Shown here piece after piece: positions 55,001 through 64,000 of a DNA stretch of 64,000 nt (position 1 is its first letter; each line of letters starts with the position of its first letter). The translations under genes and the position numbers were made by a program. The notes beneath the pieces are model-generated. The model was not told the origin of the DNA, did not search any database, and saw nothing but the letters and a program-made list of their open reading frames with translations. The stretch is from Lytechinus pictus (lineage: Eukaryota): positions 51,460,001 through 51,524,000 of the forward strand of contig NC_087246.1 in the NCBI RefSeq assembly GCF_037042905.1, written 5' to 3'.

Positions 55001-58000
55001 CACGACCCTCATTAAGAACAAAATTTAATACAGAAACATGATAATTAATGCTAATTTTAGCAAGTCACTCATCATTTTTTTAAATAAATTGTGTAGTATG
55101 TTGGTATTTTGATACCTTCTGTTGATTGAGAACCCCTCTCGGCCATTTAAAAGGCTTTCTGCTCTTCAGTTTGTCCTGCATCCCCCCCCCCCCCATACCA
55201 CAATATTTCGCTCTTCGCGTGTTGGATAGTGGAGCAGTCCAGATTCTCAACAAGAAATTTGGCGCTTCAACAAAATTAATTGAGAATGGCTGCAATAGAT
55301 CCTCCATAATAGGGGTTATCGAATGCTAGATTACACAAAATCAGAGGAAATCAAATAGCATTTAGATTTTAAAAAGAGCTGAGTTTTCCAGATTAATAGA
55401 AGATCAACCTTTTATTTTCTAATGTTTTTTCTTTTTCTCTACCGGCTCCCACGCGCCACTCCGGAAGGCTCGGCGCGCCACAAGTGGCGCGCACGCCACC
55501 ATTTGAGAATCCCTGCTCTATATCATCTTTGACGTAAATACAAGCCGCAAAGCTACTGTTCAGAGAGGATACCCCCATATTTCAATAGTGTGAATAACGT
55601 TATACAAAATTCCCCAGTTTGAATACTTTAAATGGCAAGGATTTCAATGAATACACAGAAAGAATTGATTTCATGACAACCGGTACTTGGAAGCAAAACT
55701 GAAATGAAATACAGCGCGGTTCAATGGCGGGATTCGAACCTGAGGTCAAGGTAGCAGTTTGAATTTGATATCTAATGGGACCCATAGACATTTTATGGAA
55801 ACCTGTCTAGCAGAAGATACTGATAATACACTTCAAAGAATTGTCTGTCTCGATCATAAATTATCACTGTAGTAAGAGAAATGCAAAGTTGCAAACTCAC
55901 AAATGTACAATTAATTATCCTTGTGGGTTTTTAGGGGCAGTGTTTTTTTTTTAAATAACAGTTCTGAAACTCGCTATGTTTTGTAAGTGTCTTAGCTATA
56001 AAATCAATTAAAATTAAAAAAAAATACTACTTTTATTCCAGCAATATAAGCTGAAAAAAATAATGGAAAGATATTTATACTCACATGGATGTCAACTGAT
56101 TGAGATTATCAAATGCCCCAGGATGAATCATTGTGATTAAATTGTTCTTTAAAATTCTAGAAAACAAGAATATGAAATTTACAAGCCACAATGAATAAAT
56201 GCCTTATGGATACAACCTAGAACCAATTTCCAACTAAAATTATGTAGGAGTATATTTCAAAAAGTTTCATGAAGTATTCAGTATAACTTTGCTTTCCAAA
56301 TCCAATGGATCTTATACAGGAATGTAGAAAGGTGGTCGTGTTTTAGAATGACAACTTATTAATTTCTCTTTAAACGCACATCATATTACAACAAAATGAA
56401 ATTAATATCATAAACTAATCCAAATAAAACTAACAAGAAACCTAGCAATATAGTTAAATTGAAATGATATTTGTCTACATTTCTTTAAACATTCAAAAAA
56501 TGAAAGAATAAACATTGAAACCTTTTATTTTTAACTTCATAATTACTTCATAATAGGTCCTATATCATAATCAGGCTTAATGTTAAATAGGAAATACATG
56601 TACATGTATGTGAAGGTCTGTACTCCTCATAATTCACAAATTTTCCTGTGCCAAATTCTATCTTTAGGCCCTATTCTGTTTCCAGTTTTGAAATGTATAC
56701 ATGTAGAATTGTGGACAATTGTAATTTCAATTTACCTAATTTGAAAAGTCTGTATTTTGCAGTCTCAATTGAATTAATTGATATAATGAATGTAAATGTA
56801 TCATGAAATAATTACAATTTAAAACAAAGATCAAATGCACTTGAAGTTAATGGTCAATAGATCTTAAAAATCACAATTATAGTTTGATTTAGATTAGAAT
56901 AGATCCAGGAGAATGATAAAAAATACAAACCAATGAACTGTTTAATTTTTGTCCTTTTTATACTTATAAAGGACAGCGAATATTAGACATACTTGTGAAC
57001 TTCGGGCATACAGTTTTTAAATATTTGCAACAAAGGTCGCGAACTTTAGATAGATAGATGTATAGATAAATATAGGCCTATAAACAAAATAATGTAAGTG
57101 AGATGAAAGTCAAGGTACAAGCTACTCACATTCTTTGCAAAGGTACATTTGTAAATGTGTTTGATGGTATTTCCTGGAGGCTATTGTAAGAAAAATCACT
57201 GTAAAGAAAAGAAGGACATATGATCAAGATTGAAGAACATGATTAATTGCACCAGTTATTACTAGAACATTCCGAGTTTACATGAACTCTGCCCCGGACT
57301 TGCAAGGTTGTTGGGAGTGTAAGAATGCAACTTATGACCCAAGTTTTTCAAGTTTTGTAGATCAGTAAAGATTGGTCAAGAGAGTTTCCAAGGTAAAGAG
57401 CGACAAATACCCCTTTCATAAACCCAATTATGCGGCTAATAGCAGCATAATTTGGTCGTAAAATCGGAGGAGGACCAGAGTTATCCGCATTATTTTGATG
57501 CTGCAATTATCCGCATAATAGCGGCATCGGGACCAGATTTTTACTTTATGAACGCATTTTCAAATAATGCGGATAATTGCCATGGTGCGGTCACAAGGTC
57601 ACCCTTTTCCAACACAGCCGCATCGGAGGGGGCGTGTGCAGTTGTCATGACGATTATCCGCCTTTTCAGGACGGGCGCTCGTAAAAATAGTGCGGATTAT
57701 TTTCGGAGTTTGTGAACGCAATTTTTATTGAATTATCCGCATTACTCTTAGGCTGCTAATTGGAGGATGGGTTTATGAAAGGGGTAAAAGAGTCACCAGT
57801 TACTTCAATGGCATGGGATTTTATCCCACCGCTGCCACAAGGTATATGATACAAGACTTGATCTGTATGCACTCAAATCCAGAGGTGAAATCTAGGTTTC
57901 ATGTATAGGCACACGGATATGCTTTTCACACTACAGAAATTTCCCTTAGTCCCGGGAAATAGCTGGGGCTGGGGGCCTTAGCCCCACCAATTTCCCGGGG

Positions 58001-61000
58001 TTAAGCTTAGCCCACTTGGTTTCACACTACGTTCTACCAAAGTGGGCTAGCTAGCATGCATGGTAAATAGTATGCTACTATCTGGCCAAGCTAAAATGCA
58101 AGGTTAGCCGGATTACTTAATAAGAACTGTAGTCAGAAACCAACTGGGCTAAGGAAAAGTGGGGCTAAGCACTTGAAATTGCATGTTAATCCTGAGCTGT
58201 GGGGCAAAAATTATCAATATTCATGAGCTGTGCGATAGTCCAGTGTTAAGGCGTTAACCCCAGCTAAGTAAATTGTATGGGGTTAAAAGACAGTCTGAAA
58301 CCAAAAAAGATGGTATAGGGTTCACAATAGTCGAAGCTGGAAGATCATAATGTTATAAGACTAATCATACTGGTACTTATTTTCACATACGAATACACTG
58401 CAGGGTGGGTTTGTTCATTTTATGTAAAATTGATTTACAAGAGTGTCCTGGAGTTTAACACATGCTTAATTCAATATCCTGATTATCAAGAAACAGAGGA
58501 CAAATTATCTGATGAACTTTGCATTTTTTTTTAAAGAATGTAAAAAATTAAAGCAGCTTTGGGAAAGTACATGTAGGCATATTTCCAAACTTGCTTGGCT
58601 TATAGGTTCCATGATTACGCAAGTGCCATGATTTATTGCCTAAATAAAACACTTTTCAGTAACATGGCCAAAGCTATTGAATCAACTTCCTATCCAAGTA
58701 TGTGCTCCAACTCATCAACGGAAACATTCAAGTCCAAACTGAAAAAAATTATTTGCTCCTCTCCCATTAACAAGTTAATGATGTATTGTGTTCAGGAGAA
58801 AATAAGTTTCATTTTATTTCTATTTTTTTTTTAATTGTTCCTGTATATACATGTATTTACTTTCTTGAAGCACCATGAGCACCAAAGTTGGACCAGTGCG
58901 CTCTCTATGTAAGAAGCAAATATTGTTATTTAAATCTTTCAAAGTTTGCACAATTAGAAATCAATCAAGGAGCTTATCGTATTGAAAAAAACAATTGCAA
59001 GCACAAAATAACCATGCTAGGGTCTATGCCACAGTAGACCAGGTCTAGAGCATATTACATAGTCCACGCCATGCAGTCTGGAAGAAAGTGAGGGAAATTG
59101 GTATACTTGAAATACAAATTCCTGATGCAGTATGATAGTTTTGGTATAAGGATCCTGAGACATGATAAAAGTCCAGGACTTAGTTCTAGGATTATCAAAA
59201 ACTTTGTAAACCTGAAGTAAATGATTCTGAGTTTGGTTGAATTTTGTACTGTCCAAATGTTTATCACACTAGTCCAACGGGCTCGCATGATGATGGACAA
59301 GTAAACAAGCCTTTGGAAATTGCCTACAATTTAATTTCCCAGTGGTTCAGGACTTTCATTCCCCTTTAACAGAGTTGGATCGGTTCTCAAGACATTATAA
59401 ATTAATCCACAAATTCAAACTGACAACCCCTAAAAACATATCAGAGGAGATGTGTAAAAATTACTGAAGTTGGTCATCTAAATTCATAAAATTAAAAAGT
59501 CTAAATTTATATCACAGAAAACTAACATAATACCTGTTAACCCAAGATAACAAAAGATATGAAAAATATGTACATTTTTAAAAGTTTCATCATTTTGAAT
59601 TTCCTCTCAATACAGCAATTTTTTTCAAAAAGCAATAACACAAGGGTAGAAATTATCCCTTTCTTCATAAAATAATAGAAATTCCCTGTCATTTATAAGG
59701 GATTTGATGTATGAATTCAGTTTAATACACAATGTAGCTTTTGAACAAATTTTCTCCTTTTGTATGAATGTTGAGAGGTCAACCTGGCTTTTATTTAAAC
59801 TATATTTGGGAGTTATAATTTGATCATGGTGTTGTTAGCCACTTCTATGACCCACTCCAGACTTGTTGAGGAAATTGTTCAAATATTATACTTCCCCTAG
59901 GATCTCATAAACAAATGATGGTGTTGTTATTGTCAACTTAATTGATTTAAAAGAACAATAAATCAACCAATACACTTGTCACTTGTGTATTTTTCATATT
60001 TAGCACTTTGAAATGGAAATAAAACACTTTAAATATTTTGGTGATAAATGCAATTTTGTGATTGTTCTGCGATCAGTTGATTAAGATTTTTTAAAGTATT
60101 TCTTGCAGCCCCAAATGCCAATAATCTGGGGCAACACTACTATGATTTTTTAGTTTTACCCCTATCCATTTGCTTCATTCCCTTGGATTCCTTCTCTACT
60201 GATCGCTTTATAACCTGCCATTTTCATCTCCAAGGTTATGTTTATCTGAAATATTCTTGAAATAACAATCAATGGCCTTAGTCCAGACTATTCTTTTTTT
60301 TCCAAACCAGAAAGTTATTTGGTGGTCCAAAATTCTCTATGAATGCAAACAGTTTTATAAATAAAATCATATTCCAAATAAATTTCTATATTTTTTATGG
60401 AAAAAAAAAAAAATTGGAAATGAATGAATAATTTGTAATTCAATTAAGCTTTCATGAAACTGATTATGGCATAATTCCTCCTTATCTTGATGGAAGAATG
60501 AAGATATTTTGTAAGCTCTATCTGAATCAATAAATATTTTACTGAATTGAATTGAACTATAGATCAGATGCCATAGTCAAATAGGCCTACATTACTATCG
60601 ACTAAACTTGTTATTGTATGATTTCTTAGACTACAAGAGAGAAACAACTAAAGACATAAACATAACATGTTTGTTATAACAGATGTAATTGTAAAGAATA
60701 TAAAAACACACACCTTAAATGTAAAACCCTGTCAACATCAATTCCATAAAATCAGAGGGAATACTGGTTGTGGCTTGACCTCTCTAAGTATTAATTAAAA
60801 TGACTAAGAATCCCTAGAAACTTCTAGGTAATATAACCATGCAATGAATTGCTTTTTACACAATGTGATGACAGGAGTGATTAACATACTTCCTACTGAA
60901 GGGACTTTCCCTTAATGGCCACACCCAAGACTGTCCGGTCAGCAAAAACAATGGGACCAAGATGAGCTATACCCCCTCATCATTCTTCCCTTACCCAGAC

Positions 61001-63881
61001 AGTCTAACTCCCACTTCCCTGAATACATGCAATAAACACAAGGTATTTGCACAAAAATCACAGCACATGTATACTATTGAATTGAGAAATACATACATTT
61101 TACAATAGATGATTACATTTCTCTTGAAGAAAACTGAAACACATCATGTGATTTAATGCATTGCATTATGTCTGTTGTTGGCTTTGCTCACATTGGTAAA
61201 TTGCCATCAAAGTCGAACTCAATTCTAATGTCAAGTTTGGTTTAAGGGCAAGTCCAAGAATTTGTGCGTGTTATGTATGGGACATTTCAGAGGCTTTAAT
61301 GACCTGAAAAGTAGTGTTAAATGACTTTGATTAGATTGAATACCCTCATGATGGTATAATCGACATCTACGAGAATAATAATAATTATTCATAAGAAGTC
61401 CCAACACTCTAGTATATCTAAGGCAAGTTTCATGTCATAAGCTATAACCTTCTAATTACAGACTCTAAACAAATTAATGACATGTTACGTATGGGACAGT
61501 TACGTATGGGACATTTTGTCCCCATAGAGAACGTAAACAATTTTCCCCATAATTTCAAAAATTTTAATAATTTGAAATATGGAAATAACAAAAGAGTTTT
61601 TTTTTCTTTTAAAATGTTCTATTGAGACATATTTGATATGACTGAAAAGGAAATTAGCCATTTCAACATTTTTTTTTCTTGTTTTTCATGGTTTCAAGAA
61701 TTTCTTATGTATTTCTCTTGTTTTGTATTTTTTTCATATTTTTCCATTTTCACAATTTTTTTGCTTCGATTGTTTTCATTAATCAATATTCATAACAAAT
61801 TACTCTTTAAAAACTAAAGAAAAAGGTATTTAATCACTTTTTAGAGCACTCTTAAAATTTGTTTTTCTCCATTCACTTTGTACACAAATCTCTCCATTGA
61901 CATTGTGTGTAAATGTCCCATACGTGACATGTTGTCCCATACGTAACAATTTTTTAATTAACTTTTAATTAAAAATAAACTATATTTTTGAATCTTTTTG
62001 TGGTATAACATTTTCATACTTAATAAATTAGAACTTCCCAGAGATGCAATAATACAAGTATTGTATTATGAGAAATTACTTTAAAAAATATCCTCAAAAT
62101 GTTACGTATGGGACATTCCATCCTTGGACAAGACCTAATTTGCATATTTAATTTGATGACCCACTTTTTCCCCCAAAAGCAATAAGATGTTAGGGGGTCC
62201 ATGTCCCACCTATGACTAAATCTCACAAGTTTTGTTTTTATTTTCTATGAGTTTTTATATTTGTCCCATACGTAACGCCCATTTTACCAATTATGCAAAT
62301 TAGGTGGCCCAAATTAGCATAAATATGCATATTATCAAATTTTTCTTTATGAAATTTTAAAATTCAACATTTGGGCTTTCTTACCCCACCAAAGATAACT
62401 CTTAAAAATTAAAGATGAAATTTTGCCTTCTAGGATGACCTTTTCTTGGACTTACCCTTAAACTTTTATTATTGTGATAATTAACCGGAGGCTCATCATA
62501 AATTTACACTGTAAAATTTCAAATTGTTTTGAATAAAAACTAATACTGAAGAACAGTCATCTAAAAGATAATATAGACAAAAAATTTAATAATTGAATTT
62601 ATGAGTAAACTTTAAATAAACATTCAAAAAGGGCTTCATAGTAAAAGTAAAACTAAGATCGCATTCATGATTGAGGAGTATCTAGATAATGGAAAGAACT
62701 GTTTCCTATTTACATAAATCTTCAAAATTTGCAAATATTGCATCAGTAAAGTATATAAACAAAACTAACAAACTTTACATGAAATAACATTATGCAAACC
62801 AGTGTATTCATCTTTCTTGAAGCAGTACTTACTGTACACTGGAAGAAGATGAAGAGGTTGATAAAGTAATGTCAAAAAAGCATTTTTTTTTTTGGGGGGG
62901 GAGGGGTTAATCTAATTGAATTTCAAAAGTTAATTTGGAATCATGATGGTAATACATACAGAATATTGAATTTGAGGGTTAAAATGGTGCATTATTTATT
63001 ACAAACTTCCCGGTATCCTTCACTCTGTTAATTTCTTTTTAAAAAATATGTATATTTTCAATTAGTCACTATATTCATGGGGGGGAAAAAATATTTAGAC
63101 CTTCACATTTTCTACATGAATCACATCAATAATTAGGCAATATGAAATAATGTAATTTCATGTAAATTGTGATTACACTGTTTCTGGAAAATTTTTACAT
63201 TACTTATTAGTTTACATAAAAGTATACAATCTCTACAACTTCTTCTAAAGCACAGGTTAATTGTAGGTCAATTATCCCAATGTATTAAATGCTTTGTAAA
63301 AACTGTTTAACATTTTCATTAACTATTCTCTATCATAGCTACCACTAAAAGTCTACCTTGCATTGAACTCATATGTAGGCTAATTTACAAGTCAAAAGTA
63401 CAATATTTATCACTCTTTAAATAAAAAGACTTTATATGTAAACAGGGCAATGGACTTCTGAGAATGAACACCCCTTCATTTTCAAAAGCATTTTCATTCA
63501 GGCAGTAAAAGTAATGATGATTACAACACATTCAGAGATCATACTCCATAACTCCACCCCACTCAGACCCCATCACAGTACCTCACCCTTTACACCAATG
63601 GCAATAGATAGAAACTCATCCACACCCACATCTCTTCTTACCCCCACACTACCAGCTGAAAGCAAGGTGTCAATGGACACAGCCGGCACATATGCAAATA
63701 CTTACAAGACATCGAAGTTCTGGAAGGATACTGCCGGAATGGTGTTCAGATTCAATCCAGAGCAGTTGAAAATACGATTTTGACATTGACATCCATCTGG
63801 CGTTCCACTAGGGCATTCTTGAGCAAAAACGAGGTGAAATATCACCAAAAAGAGCGTTACGACAAATATCCCCCTCGCCAT
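42890..63881 (-). CDS. Spliced gene: LRR + Calx-beta type-I transmembrane protein; 8 shared coding exons plus one of two alternative terminal TM exons (383 or 403 aa)
   Basis: Manual assembly with GT-AG sites and consistent phases (2,2,2,2,1,1,1,1): 63706-63881, 57130-57198, 56085-56156, 54051-54122, 52774-52907, 51424-51552, 46657-46890, 45587-45736, then 44732-44847 or 42890-43065. Totals are 1152 or 1212 nt, both multiples of 3 with no internal stop. Confidence 0.88.
44732..44847 (-). CDS. Alternative terminal exon A: TM helix + short tail without distal tyrosine motifs
   Basis: aatcag|AT GTG..; VAAIVVPIVLIVVIVAVIVGYLWY-RHTRNTKATNSGP*; in phase with the stalk exon. The acceptor is immediately preceded by an A-run, with the pyrimidine tract further upstream. 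Confidence 0.7.
45587..45736 (-). CDS. Ser/Thr/Pro-rich (mucin-like) stalk exon
   Basis: atacag|..|gtaagt; 150 nt, phase 1-1; DSPVPTMMSTTTSTTRSPTASTQAEDETTNPVVMMTTASQSPQPNTNAV. Confidence 0.85.
46657..46890 (-). CDS. Calx-beta domain, C-terminal half
   Basis: ttgcag|..|gtgagt; VTFTGETALEGQDF...ILLIDDDIIETDESFTVSI...TTRVTIQD matches Calx-beta TA..G.DF and I.DD...E..E.F.V. Confidence 0.9.
47024..48046 (-). mobile_element. Tc1/mariner internal-deletion derivative with ~205-bp TIRs
   Basis: TA|cactcagcaaaaaaagttcttggacac ... gtgtccaagaactttttttgctgagtg|TA; contains a transposase N-terminus. Confidence 0.93.
47464..47709 (-). pseudogene. Tc1 transposase N-terminal paired-like HTH domain only
   Basis: MKLSNQERARAIGMLQSGQSFRQVARYFQVSPTTISNL...RSGRPRATTPAEDSRIR with the GRPR motif; no DDE domain. 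Confidence 0.88.
50441..50690. mobile_element. hAT-like MITE with 8-bp TSD
   Basis: CAACTCTG|cactggagta ... tatgccactg|CAACTCTG. Confidence 0.85.
50822..51405. mobile_element. Kolobok/T2-like MITE (AGGAGAATGAAACCC)
   Basis: TTAA|aggagaatgaaacccttg ... caagggtttcattctcct|TTAA; ~185-bp imperfect arms. Confidence 0.9.
51424..51552 (-). CDS. Calx-beta domain, N-terminal half
   Basis: tttacag|..|gtaaga; translates ALAEPASALFSFEELEYRVAEDAGVAEVVVTRTGIVGTIVQF, matching Calx-beta F.F....Y.V.E..G...V.V.R.G. Confidence 0.88.
51590..52276. mobile_element. Foldback element with ~240-bp arms
   Basis: Includes aagaggctgtagcccctcaattcaattggttccggaatccaaagtcacaaaatggcaa and its near-perfect inverse at ~52058-52115. 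Confidence 0.8.
52774..52907 (-). CDS. Last LRR + LRRCT cap exon
   Basis: atacag|..|gtaagt; translates LLNGNPFDCSNAANAWLKGWLASSNSPVLTGECSGTSETIFEAI; the NPFxC..WL..W..C pattern is LRRCT. Confidence 0.9.
54051..54122 (-). CDS. LRR exon (72 nt)
   Basis: ttatag|..|gtaagt; translates NFEQNSLSTLDQTGFNLVSGLTE. Confidence 0.9.
54452..55292. mobile_element. Foldback element with ~213-bp near-identical arms
   Basis: 54452-54666 is the reverse complement of 55081-55292 apart from a few substitutions and poly-G length. Confidence 0.88.
54730..54987 (-). mobile_element. tRNA-derived SINE inside the foldback spacer
   Basis: Head ..gatcagtggtagagcg..gtgggttcgatcccc (A/B boxes); (tta)n tail. Confidence 0.75.
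56085..56156 (-). CDS. LRR exon (72 nt)
   Basis: ttctag|..|gtgagt; translates ILKNNLITMIHPGAFDNLNQLTS. Confidence 0.92.
57130..57198 (-). CDS. LRR exon (69 nt)
   Basis: tttacag|T GAT..AGA AT|gtgagt; translates DFSYNSLQEIPSNTFTNVPLQR; phase-2 flanks typical of LRR exons. Confidence 0.9.
57410..57784 (+). mobile_element. 375-bp MITE, TIR CCCCTTTCATAAACCC, TA-flanked
   Basis: Full copy, same length as 16845-17219; internal TTATCCGCA/TGCGGATAA repeats. Confidence 0.9.
58600..58930 (+). mobile_element. L2-like LINE 3' remnant
   Basis: PKLLNQLP / STETFKSKLKK ORF2-end motifs (frameshifted), then a gaagcaccatgagca..gcgct..tattgttatt tail. Confidence 0.5.
61246..62457. mobile_element. 1.2-kb non-autonomous Kolobok-like element
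   Basis: TTAA|gggcaagtccaagaa ... ttcttggacttaccc|TTAA; seven internal copies of GTTACGTATGGGACA. Confidence 0.82.
63706..63881 (-). CDS. Exon 1: signal peptide + LRRNT cap
   Basis: MARGIFVVTLFLVIFHLVFA-QECPSGTPDGCQCQNRIFNCSGLNLNTIPAVSFQNFDV: hydrophobic leader, then CP..C.C....C....L..IP LRRNT pattern. Donor TT|GTAAGT. Absent from the ORF track because the unspliced ORF is 59 aa. Confidence 0.9.
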
Positions 63882-64000
63882 GGTTCTGTGTGTATAGTAA
63901 ATCCTTTTCGCCTAGCTTAGCTTTCCCCGCAATCTTTGTACTGCTGCTGTCCGAAGATCGAGTCACCGACTTTGCCTGAAAACAGGGTTTTAGTCGAATG

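Noticed and set aside
55690-55770. tRNA-like B-box (ggttcgaatccc on the minus strand)
   Set aside because: No cloverleaf; likely a decayed SINE head. The 20.2-kb and 54.9-kb tRNA-like sequences are likewise SINE heads, not tRNA genes.
57452-57715. Recurrent ORF MVVKSEEDQSY.. (also at 6938 and 16914)
   Set aside because: TTG start, lies wholly within a 375-bp MITE, and has no transposase features

Overview
AT-rich metazoan genomic DNA with a 235-bp N gap at 34723-34957. The repeat landscape looks echinoderm/sea-urchin-like, which is inference only. Most ORFs in the supplied track are spurious. Two minus-strand spliced genes can be read by hand. (1) A complete gene from 63881 down to 42890 encodes a type-I membrane protein: signal peptide, LRRNT, three single-exon LRRs, LRRCT, one Calx-beta domain, Ser/Thr-rich stalk and TM helix. 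It ends in two tandemly duplicated, phase-compatible TM/cytoplasmic-tail exons. The proximal copy gives a ~383-aa form whose tail stops early. The distal copy gives a ~403-aa form whose tail carries paired tyrosine motifs (VRYAAV...VYSDV). The two copies differ mostly at synonymous sites, suggesting both are maintained. This may be a single-gene signalling/decoy receptor pair and is the most interesting signal in the window. (2) The 5' part of a large gene, with several candidate first exons between ~33 kb and ~1 kb, has a coding exon at 11656-11772 containing RSNSFAGF, reminiscent of the RIPOR/FAM65 N-terminus. The rest is dense with non-autonomous DNA transposons: TTAA/AGG Kolobok (T2-like) MITEs, hAT-like MITEs with 8-bp TSDs, a Tc1 deletion derivative and foldbacks. 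There are also tRNA-derived SINEs, LINE 3' remnants and a strand-switching TACCACAC satellite.
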